In this document: one piece after another, positions 50,416 to 63,137 of the stretch
Layout of the letters: each line of letters opens with the position of its first letter
Position numbering within the stretch: position 1 is the stretch's first letter
Assembly: GCA_028534125.1 (NCBI GenBank)
Contig: CM052818.1
Span: 17,734,001-17,798,000 of the forward strand
Direction: 5' to 3'
Length of the DNA stretch: 64,000 bases
DNA from: Lama glama
Lineage: Eukaryota
The notes under the pieces: generated by a model
Databases searched by the model: none
What the model was told of the DNA's origin: nothing
The model's input: only the letters and a program-made list of their open reading frames with translations
Translations under genes and position numbers: made by a program

Positions 50416-53366
50416 GTAAGTAATCCTAATTCTTTACTGTGACGAGTTCCTTGAGATATGCAAAATTTGTTCTTTCTTGGCATTCATTGAACACTTGACT
50501 GTTTCTCAACTTGTACAAATTATTTTCATAGTATATTCTTTTCATTTTCTTCATAGTTATTTTCTTAGAATCTAGCACATCGCCTGGTGTTAGGTGTGTG
50601 TTGAGTAAATAGATGGGAGATTGAGTGAATAAATTCTGCTCTGCCATGTTTTGTTGGGTAAATTTGCCTTCGAGAGAAAATAGGAATGGGCTAAATGGAG
50701 AGGAGTCCTCACGGTGGGAGAGAATGTGAGCAAAGACGTGGAGAAAGGAAGGAGCACCTACCATACACTCCCAGAGTGAAGAGCTGGGTTCCAAGACTGA
50801 AATCAGAGAGTGGGTGAAGGAGTAGAATATAATAAAACTGATATTTTGGGAGGGAGGAAAGTAAGACAATGGTGAGGAAGATAAATGTAGCAAGAGAGAA
50901 AAAATTAAATCTAGATACATTGACCATTGCAAAATGGCTCCATTCTGATTTCCCTGCATTTAAAAGCCCAGCCTTCCTAGCTGCTTTTGGTGGCCACGTG
51001 AAGTTGCCCTGACCTTATAAATGGGGTTAGTAAGCCTTTATTATCAGGACTGGCAGAGTAACATCCACTGATGTGGAAACTACTTTTGAGAAAAAAGATT
51101 TGGAAACTATAGGCTTCATGTCTTTAGAATCAGTACTAAGATACCCTTTACCATCATATCCAAAATAGGTCAACTCAAAATAATGTCAGCATCTTCTTTG
51201 TTTCTTTTATAGCACTTACTCAAAATTTATAGTTACTTAATTTGTTTCACTCCTTGATCTTTTTTCCCTTGTCACACCATTGGATGGTAAGCTGCATACA
51301 GTCAAAAAGTCTGTTTTTTCATATTCACAATAATATCCTCAGGAAGAAATATAATGCTTAGCACGTAGTAGTTCTGCAGTATTAAATAGATGAATGAATG
51401 AATGAAACCGACACTCGCAGAGTAGAGCTGGGAGGCTAAGCATATATAGTATTGCATGCAAGCCTTTTGTTTTGAATTCAGTTGGAAAGCAAACCTTGTC
51501 ACACTGAGCAAACTTAACAGAAATTTTCATAAGTGATTAAGCCAGAACACAAATTGTCTATTGTAGCATTCATTGAATGGCTTAAGGGGCTGCCAGCAAA
51601 TCCATTAGAAACCTTGTTTATAGAGCATTATAATTCTGACATAAAGAAGCAGAAAAAGCTTTGGGATGAATAATTCCTTATAAAATATCTGGGAAATGAT
51701 TTTCTCAATTAACCACTTTATAGCGACTTTGAAATATTTTACAAATTCAACATGTGCTATAACATGTCCGTGCTTCTTTTTCTTCCATGTTTCTACTTCC
51801 TATGGAGAGCTTTGCATTGTTTTATGTGAAACTCCTTATTCCATGAGCCTAATTTGAGATGACCTTCCTGCTATTTAGTATGGTAATTAATATTAGAAAA
51901 TTGCAAAAGAAAGGTAAAAAAAAGCAGGTTTTTGAAGTGAAGGATATTAGATTTGAATCCCAACTATGTGATTTTATGTAAGTTATTATCCTCTCTGAAT
52001 TTCCAACTCTTCTGATGAATGGAAGTAATAAAGCAATCTGCTAGCATCCTAGTGAAGATGAACGAATAGCGTCTGTAGAATCCTGGGCATAAACTGTGAA
52101 CCCAGTCTATGGGAGTACGTATAAAAAACTCTTAAATTTTAATTTAGTTTTTAATTAGAAAGCAAGAAATAGGAAGAAGGACAGGAAACTAGCATTTCTG
52201 AGCACTCTAGTAACAGGCATGTTGCTAAGGTTATTTGATTTAATCCTTCAAATACTGCCTTTCCCCAAATATTGCCTTGGCCCAATTTTTTTTTTTCCCC
52301 TTCTGGAAAATCTATTAGACTTCATTTCCTTAATCTATCTTCTCTGTCTCTTAACATCCATGTCTGTTAATCTGTCTTTTAAAGATTTTAAAATCTCTTC
52401 ATCTTACCTGCTCTAGTCTGCTTTTTTGTTTTGTTCACATCTAGCTCTGTTTCAGAAATCAGCCCTTCAGCTGTTACTAATCTGCTTCTCATTCTTCAGT
52501 GAGTTTTAAACTTCAATTACCATATCAGTTATTTCTAAATGTCCTTTAATTTTCAAATTTGCCTTATGCATATTTAGGCCTTTCTTGTGGAACAAGTCAT
52601 TTAAAACATACAATCTTTTAGAATCGTTGCTCTGTTATTCAAGCTTGTTAGTGTTTTAATCTTCCTCTTAGGTTTGCTTCTTTTGTTATCTTGTTGTTTA
52701 TGCATTGTAATTTTTGAATTCAGATTTGCTTTCATCCAAGTTTTTTTTTTCTGAAGGAATTTTATGTGGCTTGGTGTGTGGGAATGGCTGTTTATATGCA
52801 TTTGCGTTTGTATTTGCCATGTGTCTGAGGGATATTTTTATACTAGTTTTTTGTATTTGCATTCTTAACTCCAATAGCTTGGTATAAATTAGAAGTTTTA
52901 AATTTTTTCCAAGGTACAATCCTTTTTTTTTTTTTTTTCTCATGGAAGAGCTTTTTTTCACCTTGATTCCAGAAAGCTACAAATACCTTGCTGTATCCTT
53001 CTCTTGGTGGGTGGATTCCTTGTATCCTGAGTGCTGCCTTAAAAGGATTAACAAGACCAAAGTCCTACTTCCCTTACTTGCATTAATACTCTATAATGCT
53101 GGCCTTAACCTTGTCCCGTTATAATACCCCCCCACCAACAAACACACACATGCTTAAATGAGGTATTGACGACGTGTTCATTCAGCAGAGTTACTGATTA
53201 CCTTTTTTGTGTGTTAGGCATTATAAATTTTCCTGTCTAGTTCTTTTCTCTATGCTACTCCACCCCCTACTGCCACCAATAAATGGCAATATAAAGACTT
53301 TCAGATACCTAAAATGTATAATTTTTGAGATTAGCTCAGAAATTTAGGAATTTTAAAATCTGACTT

Positions 53367-54008
53367 TTTTTTTTAATTGAAATACAGTCAGTTACAATGT
53401 GTCAATTTCTGATGTGCACAATGTCTCAGTCATGTATACACATACGTATATTCACCCTCGTTGAAAGTTATTACAAGACTTTGAATATAGTTCCCTGTGC
53501 TATACAGAAGAAACTTCTCTTTAAAATCTATGTATGGTGGCTAACATTTGTAAATCTGAAACTCCCAAATTTATCCCTTCCCACCTCCTTTCCCCCTGTA
53601 ACTGTAATGTTTACTATGTCTGTGAGTCTGTTTCTGTTTTGTAGATGAGTTCATAGTGTCCTTTTTTTTCCCCTTCTTCTTCCTTTTTTTTTTTCTTTCA
53701 AGATTCCACATATCAGTGGTATCATGTTGTATTTGTCTTTCTCTTTCTGGCTTACTTCACTTGGATGGACCTAGAGATCATCATTCTATGTTGCTGCAAA
53801 TGGCATTATCTTATTCTTTTTTAAGGCTAAGAAGTATTCCACAACTTTTTTATCCAATCATCTGTCGATGGACATTTAAGTTGCTTCCATGTCGTGGCTA
53901 TTGTATATAGTGCTGCTGTGAACATTGGGGTGTATGTCTCTTTTCGAATTAGAGTTCCCTCCAGATGTATACCTAGAAGTGGGATTGCTGGATCATATGG
54001 TAGGTCTG
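53367..54008 (-). mobile_element. Young L1 3' copy carrying a 27-bp micro-inversion
   Basis: TSD TAAAA(G)TCTGACTT at 53354-53366 and 54009-54022; ORF2 C-terminal remnant ([13 protein letters not shown]). Confidence 0.9.
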
Positions 54009-54226
54009 TAAAAGTCTGACTTCTTAACAGCAAAATTGTGGTAATGTCAAGAATCATATTATGAATCAAAATGACGTGACTTGTAACCATTCTTAAAACG
54101 ACTAATTATTTAAGATACAGTAATTTTAGAGCAAAAAGTTATCTCAAAAAAAGGATAGTTGATCAGTGTTTGAGTCTCCAATTTGTTTTTTTAATCTTTT
54201 TTCTAATTTGGTCTTTTTTTCCCCAG

Positions 54227-54350
54227 CCTCTTACATCAGTATTTGAATTATGAATTGTAGGGTCATAACCCCAAATGTGTAATCAAAATTAAAGTGGCAA
54301 TCTTTGATATTTCCCTGTAGAACAACTTTCTCATAGGGGAACTTTCACAT
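54227..54350 (+). pseudogene. Candidate (pseudo)exon of the + strand transcript
   Basis: Strong acceptor ttctaatttggtctttttttccccag|C and donor CAT|gtaaga; best frame LLHQYLNYEL*GHNPKCVIKIKVAIFDISL*NNFLIGELSH. Confidence 0.4.
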
Positions 54351-57199
54351 GTAAGAACATTGTCTCCAGTTGAAGGGCGATTTTAACGTGCATGCATCTA
54401 AAGGAATAAAAGCCATTGTCTAGAGAACACAAATTTCGAAGTTAAATAATGCCTTTAGAAACTAAAAGTCTCAGACTTTTAGCTCTATTACTATTAATTT
54501 CAGAGGAGAAAATTGATTCCTTTGTTATTTGCTTATATTTAGTTATGAACTGCAAAGATGAATACTTGGTTCCTTGCTTATGCAAGGCTTCTATCATGAT
54601 TAAAGTCATCAAACAACTTCTACATGTCTCTATTTCCCTTAATTTTACCTGACACTGGGAAATTTAACACAGCATTTACATTTTCACATGCTAATGACCA
54701 TAATAATTAAAATAGAAACTCTGGTTTAAATAAACATTTAACTAAAAGAGAAGCACAATTCATAAACTTGAAAATTAGAAATTAAGACTTTGAATTTATG
54801 ACACACTGAGTTCAGCAAAGAGTGAAAGTCTGCTCTGTAGAAAGTGAATGAGGAAAATAAAACCCAAGAATTTTTTTCTTCCTCAGGTCCACATTCACAT
54901 TAAAATTTCCAGAGCTTTGATATCAAATTAATGTCTTTCCATTGCAATAATGAAAATAATGTGCAATTGCAAAGCTATTATAAATAATTACTAATATTCA
55001 CATGCTGTCAGCGTTGATGTGAATATAATTACTATAGTCATTTCAGAGAGTACTTGGCAGTACTTAGTGAAACTAAGTGTGTGTACTTCCTGGAACCCTG
55101 AAACTCCACTCCTGAGTATTTGTGCTTCAGAGGAACTCTCACAAAGGAGCATGAAGAAACATAAGAAATATTTATCACCAAGATAGGAAGCCAACCTGGT
55201 AGCCATTCTAGGAAAATAAATAAATAAAATATGGAGATACCTAAGATGGAATACTGGACAGAAGTGAGAAAAAAATAACAAGATTTACTTAGAGCAGCAT
55301 GGTTGGGTCCTCAAAACATACTGTTACGTGCAAGAAAGTAAGAAACAGAATGAGATATATCAGAAGTAAAAATAAAATTTAAAGCAAACACATAAAGCAA
55401 TGCCATATCTTATTTAGCACAGTTATGCAGATAGGCATATGTGGCTTAGAGCTAAATACACTGGAGGCTAAAAACTTGTATTAAGATGAAAACAGGCTTT
55501 GGAAATGGAGAAGAGAAAATAGTATGAAGAAATATAAATGTAATAAGTAGCTTACCAGAGGCTTAAAAAGACTGAAAATATGGGTGAGTAATGAACTGAC
55601 ACAAATAAGAGAATTCTATACAACATAGTAACCTGTTTAGGTTAGGATATGGAGAAGAAGGGGGACATTGAATATGTACAAGTCATCCAAAACATGGGAT
55701 TCTGTTTTCATTCCTAGGATGACCGTCAAGTAAATGTGCAGTAACAAAGTTAAAAATCAACGCTGATGTATGTAGTACTTACTTTTAATTTTTCTGTGTG
55801 TTTTATGCAAAAATTACTTTTGTAATCATGGAAGAGATGAGGGGGGAAACATACCTGAACCACTGTTTCCAGGGGAAATCAAGACTTTTGAAAAGTCAAC
55901 TGTATTTTATACCCAAACCAGAAGGAACAACAGCCAAGAGATTTTCGTAAGCTTTGAGAAGTGTTACTTTTTACCATAAAAATAACCTAATGAAAATCCG
56001 TATACTTAATGGAGTATCCTCTATAAAAGCTTGCAGGTATATTGCTCTGTGATGATCACCTTGTGCCTGGAGAACATGAAGATAAAAATCATTGCAGGTC
56101 CTTTAAGTACATGAGTGCTACTCCAAATGAACTAAAAGTCCTAGTTGCTCAAAGTCCTCTTTTTAATCATCAATTTCCTTGTTCTTAATTCTAAATTTAA
56201 TCTCTTGATGATTTTTGGTAAAAACAGTATTATTTCTCCCTCCTGGGATCAGAAGCTTTTAATTGATTAGGATACTTAATTTAAATTTCTAGCCTTTGAA
56301 ACAAAGACCAGAGCAACATTAGAGTAGAGTCATAGGATAAAGTTTCAGAGTCAAAAAATCTCAAAATCATTGTCCTCTTCAAAGAGAAAAAAATGAAAGT
56401 AAAGAAAAAAGGCGAAGGTAGAGGGAACATGAATTAAAAGCTTCTAGGATGCTTCAGAAATGTCAAGTGATTTTTCACTTTAATTTTGAGGCCAAATTAC
56501 TTCAAGGGGCTTCCTTAGAAATTGTTATCTTAGAGAACCAAGGGAAATTAGAGGAAACATGGTGAACAAATCTATTACTCCTTTGGCCAGACTGGAATTA
56601 GAAACAGAAGTATTAAGTTTTTCTTCAGTTTGGAATTTGGAAAGCATTCAGTGTCCTCTTTGGTCATTTTATTTAGAAGACTTTCCTTTGGGATGTACAT
56701 TAATTTTAAAATTTAATGAGGTGAGGTCACGTTGGTTACAGGAAAACAGTGATGTCAACAGATACATTAAAGGAAAATATTCTCTTTAAAATCATTCTCC
56801 TTATGCTGCATCACTCCTGGCAAGACAACTACTATCTGCTGTGCAGGGACCACCCAGTCCTTGGCTCACACATCAGAATGCCTAAAACCAGTCACCCATT
56901 AAATAGTATATAATTGAATTAATTATCCACCTCCCTCCAAGAGATAACCAGGACTAACCCCATCATTCCTCTTAGTCTTTTGAAAGCACAATCCCTTCTG
57001 GACTTGCAAAGCTGAAGATTCATTGCTCATCCTTCATTACCTAGACAATTTCATAAGCTTTGTGCAGCCACTACTCTGACATGATCGTACAAACCAAGCT
57101 TGACACTCCAAATTCTTTCTCTGTAATGCAGGCTCTGTCATTAATAAAGCCCTTTGTTTCCTCACCCTCTTCTCTTAATGTTCCATTTACCTTCTTGCT

Positions 57200-60100
57200 T
57201 TAATTAAAATTTAGCTCTTCTTTGAAGGCACTACTTGCCTTTGGGGTATTCTCAACTGGTGGCTGTTTTGTCCCTCCCGCCACGTGCCTCAGGATGTAGA
57301 AGCTGAGTGGGTATCCCTCTTGCTTTCATTACTCCTTCTAGGCAGGTTTTCTCCCTATTTCCCCTACATGCCAGTTGCACTGAAATGCGTATGATCAGAT
57401 AATGCCAGCACTCAACCTTCTTTACTGTATTCTCTGCTGCCCTTGTGGTAAGTGGCCCTACTCCCTTCATTGAAGATGTCTGTTCCCACTTAATCCTCTT
57501 CTACCACAGAATGATCTATCCCATATCTTGGGTCTCCTTACCTCCCATTTGATTATCTTATCTTCTAACCCATATCAGCTACTTATTTCTCTGATCAGAC
57601 CATAGATATTATTTGCAATAGTTACATTATTTAAAAGTCTCAATTTCAAGCACTGTATTGACTATCACTTTTACGGCTCAGTCCTGCATTTTTTGATTCT
57701 CCTTTGTGACCTCCAGTCCCTTGACACCACCACATTAGCTCTTTGTTTTACTCCTTTCCTCACATTCCTCACATTCTTTCACAGTTGGTTTTGCCTTCAT
57801 TGACCAGTCACAGTCACCACTCTCAGTTTGGTTTCCTCTTTGTCCCTTCAGTCTTACAAACTTGGCAAGACCGCAGCACTGATGATAAGTAACTTCCCAC
57901 TTACGTAGTACCTGTAGTATGACCAGGGAAATCAGATACCCAGTTGAGCTGATCTCACTTGAAATTCATAACCACAGCCTCAAATGCGTCATCAGGGTTG
58001 CCTAGGGATCCTCCCCTATTTCTCAAATTGATGTCCTTTCTCAGTTCCTGAGACAACTGTTTCATATCTTCTCATCCCATAAACTTTTAACAATCTGCCC
58101 TCCTTTCTGAGCTGATGTCCTTGACTCTTACTACTAAAAGAAAATAAGGATGGAGTGCATACATAGGTCTAGCATTAAAACTACCTGCCTGCATCTGAAC
58201 CCACATACCCTGCTTTACCGCAGAATGAATGACCTCCGTGATCCTCTTGGAGGTCCATCTGTCCATTTGTGGAGTGAATGACGTTTTCTCTGACCTACTC
58301 AAGAACACTTCCTCCAGCTGTTCCTTTTCTCTCCTGAAGAATTGGTCTTTCCTTTTCTGTCTTATCATTTTTACCAGTAGATAAACAAGCTTCAGTGTCT
58401 CCTGTTAAAAAAATTATCTTGCTTCCTTATTTCTATTTAGATACCCCATTTTCTGCTCCATTTTAGAGAAAATATCCTCAAAAGATTTGTCTATACTGTC
58501 TCTATTTCCTCTCCATTATTCTCTCTTAAACTTACTCCAGGTAAAATTTTGTTCCTGCTAATTCACTAAATCTTCTGTTATTGTTACCAATAAACTTCAC
58601 ATTGCCAATTTTGCTGACTTACTGGTAATCCTCATTTTATTTGATCACATAATTGCAAAGGCCATGCTTGGTCATTGTTTCTTGAATACTTTCTTAGCCT
58701 CTAGGACATGTTTTCCCTCTTGTATTGTCATTGTTCCTTCCCAGTCTCCTTTGGTAAATCTCATCTTTATAACCTCTCAACATCACATATCCCCAAGTCT
58801 CTATAGTTAGGTTTTTCTTTTTGTTGTGCTTATCAAATCCAATTGTTTTATTTTATTTTATTTTATTTTATTTTTTTATCACTTTTTATTGATTTATAAT
58901 CATTTTACAATGTTGTGTCAAATTCCAGTGTAGAGCACAATTTTTCAGTTATACGTGAACATATATATATATACATTGTCAAAATTTTTTTAACATTTTT
59001 TATTGATGTATAATCATTTTACAATGTTGTGTCAAATTCCAGCGTAGAGCACAATTTTCCAGTTATACATGAACATATATATTCATTGTCACATTTTTTT
59101 CTCTGTGAGCTACCATAAGATCTTGTATATATTTCCCTGTGCTATACAGTGTAATCTTGTTTATCTATTCTACAGTTTTGAAATCTCACTATATCTCTTC
59201 ACACTCCCTGTCCCCTTGGCGACCACAAGTTTGTATTCTATGTCTATGAGTCTATTTCTGTCTTGTATTTATGCTTTGTTTGTTTATATTCCACGTATGA
59301 GTGATCTCATATGGCATTTTTCTTTCTTTTTCTGGCTTACTTCACTTAGAATGACATTCTCCAGGAGCATCCATGTTGCTGCAAATGGCGTTATGTTGTC
59401 AGTTTTTATGGCTGAGTAGTATTCCATTGTATAAATATACCACCTCTTCTTTATCCAATTTATCCAGTCATCTGTTGATGGACATTTAGGCTGTTTCCAT
59501 GTCTTGGCTATTGTAAATAGTGCTACTATGAACATTGGGGTGCAGGTATCATTCTGAAGTAGGGTTCCTTCTGAATACATGCCCGGGAGCAGGATTCCTG
59601 GGTCGTACGGTAAGTCTATTCCTAGTCCTTTGAGGAATCTCCATACTGTTTCCCACAGTGGCTGCACCAAACTGCATAAGTAAAACAAAAAGACAACCTA
59701 CGGAATGGGAGAAAATTTTTGCAAATGAAACCGACAAATCCAGCTGTTTTTAAATATCATCTTTAGCCCTGATCTTTCCCATGAAATTGACTCAATCTCT
59801 ACACCTGGATTCATAATAGATCTACCTCAAATTCAGTCTACCAAAACCTGAAGTCTTGTCTTTAACTCTGCTTCTCTGAGTTGTCCCCATTTTAGTAAAA
59901 GGAGATTTTGTTCACCCAGTAGCTCAAGGACAAAAACTTAGAAACATCTTTGATACTTCTCCTTCTCTCTCAATTCCTCCTCTCTTCTCAAGATCCCGGT
60001 ACAGTTTAGTGTCCAAATGTGTTCGTTCTTTGCAATATAACTAGGGTCTCATTACTTTTCATACGTCCCCTGGTACCAAGATATTTCTCAATTGAACTAT

Positions 60101-60810
60101 TGCAATAACTGTCTAACTGGTCCCTGTCCTTTCATTGTTGTCCCTTTACAACCTATTCTCTCTAAAGAAGTCACAGCAGTTCTTTAAAAAAAAAATGCAT
60201 TTCCAATCAAGTGACTCTTCTGTTCGAAATCCTCCAAAACTTTCCTAGCTCACTCAGAATAAAAATGCAAACTACTTAACTTAACCTCAAGGCTGTATAT
60301 GATTTATTTATTCAGACTCCAGTTTCTCCTCTCTTACCTAATCCTAACACTCATCCCTGAGCTTACTGTACTAGCCATACTAGCTTGCTTTGTATTCATC
60401 AATACAGTAAGCCATGTTTCTGTTTTAGCCCTTGCATCTCCTGGAGACACTTCTCTGACCCTGTAAGCTTCCCTTTATCTACATGACTTACTACCTAATT
60501 TTGTTTTTGGTCTCTGTTCTAAAGTTGCCTCTTAAGTGAGGTCTTGTCTTAAAAAAAAAAACCAAAAAAACCAAAAACCAAACATTAACTCTTTGTCTAT
60601 CCCTTTATCTTGATTTTACTTTTCTATATAGTACTCAAGTCCACTGATTCTAATTTATTTTTATCACAGGTCTCTTCCAATTAAAATATAATCATTACAT
60701 GAACACCACTCTGGTCTGTTGTATTTACTGTAGTCCTTATTATCCAAAAAGGACCTGGCATATAAAAGGACTCAATAAATATTTATTGCATAAATGAGTG
60801 AATAAATCCA
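57200..60810 (+). mobile_element. Long L2 element, interrupted by a young L1
   Basis: Pyrimidine-rich L2 body ending in ggacctggcatataaaaggactcaataaatatttattgcataaatgagtgaataaa. Confidence 0.7.
58850..59734 (-). mobile_element. Young L1 with a duplicated 3'UTR segment and a short 5' inversion (59677-59734, + strand)
   Basis: TSD CAAATCCA(AT/GC)TGTTTT at 58834-58849 and 59735-59750; the inverted piece encodes KTKRQPTEWEKIFANETD. Confidence 0.9.
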
Positions 60811-61779
60811 GGAATATCACTTGCCAGTGCACAATTTTAAAACAATAGTGGTGGTTTAAAAAAAAAACATTTTTATTGCATCTTATGGTGGCAAGAAATA
60901 ACAGTTATATTACAGTCTTTCTTCGTATTTTTCAGTAAGCTTTTTAAAAAATGACAGCAAATCATGTCCATGGACTTTGAAGTATAGAAAATGAGACATT
61001 GAGAAGCTAAACAGAGGAGGGAAAGAGAACCTTGTAGTCAGTCATTAAGTTAGAGGATTTCAGAAAGGAACTTGAAAGGGGCACTGCTTATACATGTATG
61101 GAAATAAGCCGTAGATATGTCCTGTAAAATCTTCAGGATGTGTAAAGGGGTTAAAAGAATTGTTCAGGGAAGTAAATATAAAGGATACCTATGTTACCTG
61201 AAATTTTAAAATTGGACAGCTCATGGTTGAAGTTGTAGTGTTTATGGAAGGAATAATTTGCTTATGAACTTTTAATTCTTTGTAATTCTAAGTATTCTGT
61301 ACTTTTGGCCAAATCTCATACCTTTATTCTGACCATCAAACCCTTTCACTGTGACTCAGTGTATTCCCAGTCATGACACAAAGAACATTAGTAAAAACTA
61401 CTCCATCCAATTCAAGACTCAATTTGAAGCCCGTCCACTCTCACACTGCCACCTTCATTCAGTTCATTGATATAAATTACATCCTGTATCCACCCTTCGT
61501 CATTCATATATATTCTTTCTTACTTTATTTAGCTACAAGGATCTCAGTACCAGAACTCCCTTTCATACACCGTCTCCCACTCTCCTTGTCATTTTCCTCT
61601 TTGTCATTTTCCTCTTTCAGTTCTTTTTTGGAAAAACAGCAACGCTAGGTAAAGGAAACTTCATTTGCTCATTGCCTGCATTTGAGAAACTGGATCTAAT
61701 GGGAAATAAGCAGTCACTCCTACATACTTCATGTTTATAACCAGCAGCTTCAAGTGGGCTTTTGAAAATGCCTTTGCTG

Positions 61780-62650
61780 GTTTTCCTGATAGCATGTTTT
61801 GTATTTCATTAATGTCTGCTCTTTATTTGCTTCCTTCCGTTTCCTTTAGTTTTCATTTGCTATTCCTTTCCTATATTATTGGGATGGCTGCTTTGACCAC
61901 TGATTTTTTTATAGCATTTCTTTATTGTTAATATATACTTTTAAGGCTATAAACTCTTCCTATAAGTGAGTTTAACTGTATCTTGCAAGTTTCCATGTGC
62001 TGTATTTTCATGACCACTTAGTGAAAATATTTTCCCATTTTTATTGTGATTTATTCTTCTATCAACTTTTTAAAAGGGCATTTATATTTCAACTATTTAA
62101 GGTTGTTTTCTAGTTATTGTTATTTATAGATTAAGCCCACTGTGTTCAGAGAACATACTGTATATGACTTAAATCTTTTGAAATTTACTGAGATTTCCTT
62201 TAAGGTCAGCCATATAAAGAATTTAAAAAATATTTTGGGTCTGTATGAAATGATTGTAGACTCTGGTCTACATGATATCATGTTGTATTTGTGTCAGTTA
62301 CCTCAAATTTTTAATTAGATTATTCTATATCTTTTATCTGTTTGTCCTAATAGCTACTAAAAGAGTTATTAAAACCTCTGGCAGTGATTTGTATGTTTTC
62401 TCCTCTTGTTCTAACTCATTTACTTTATGTATTGTGAAGTTATGTGACTGGAAGCATACAGTTTTAGTATTGTTGTATCTTCTATTAGAGTGAAACTTTT
62501 ATCACTATGAAATAGTCTTCTTTTCTATGGTAATTCTTTAAATTTTACTTACTGATATTAATACAGCTGTATAGCCACACCAGCTTCCTTTTCATTAATG
62601 CTTCTTTGAGATTTTTTCCAACATTTGGCTTTCAACTATTTTAAACCCTA
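61780..62650 (-). mobile_element. Old L1 (L1ME-like) fragment
   Basis: Degenerate antisense ORF2-like sequence (tttaaggctataaactcttcct..., ctgtgttcagagaacatactgtatatg). Confidence 0.6.
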
Positions 62651-62661
62651 AGAGTTGAGTC

Positions 62662-63137
62662 TGTTGCAGTTGGTGGAGCAGATAATGTGTATGCTCTATT
62701 CATGCTCCCTTAGACCACTTTACCATTTCTGTGCATGCCAGCCTATCTTCCAACAGCCAGCACTTGCGTCTTTTGGGAGGGCTGCCCTCAGGCTGCAGCA
62801 CCCATTTTGCTCAGAGACATAAGTGTCAGGCAGTACCTGAGAGTTTACCTCCTCTAGAAGCAGCCTTTGGCCAGTCACTGACAGGTGTGGGAGTATGCAT
62901 AGCTCCCTTAACCTTTGGCAAGGTGGTGCATTTTGCACTACCTTCTAGGATTTCCTTACTGTGTTAAACACCAATCATGCCCTCTGGTACCTTGCTTAAT
63001 AGCATCCACTTTAAAGGCTGCCTTGCCTTCCCTGTATCGTATCTTCCTCTCCTACACATGTTCCTCACACCTTCCAATAAACTAGTGTAATTGATTCCTT
63101 GGCACAGTGTCTGCTTCTGTGAGAATCCAAACTGAGA
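62662..63137 (+). mobile_element. LTR16-like ERVL solo LTR
   Basis: TG start; ccaataaactagtg...tgtctgcttctgtgagaatccaaactgaga 3' end typical of LTR16. Confidence 0.7.

Noticed and set aside
50426..50959. Longest ORF in the track (177 aa, - strand)
   Set aside because: Overlaps an L2 3' end and low-complexity sequence; no recognisable domain or splice context.
55719..55767. Further small + strand exon (cctag|GATGAC...GAT|gtatgt)
   Set aside because: Weak donor, very short, stops in all frames; not enough support.
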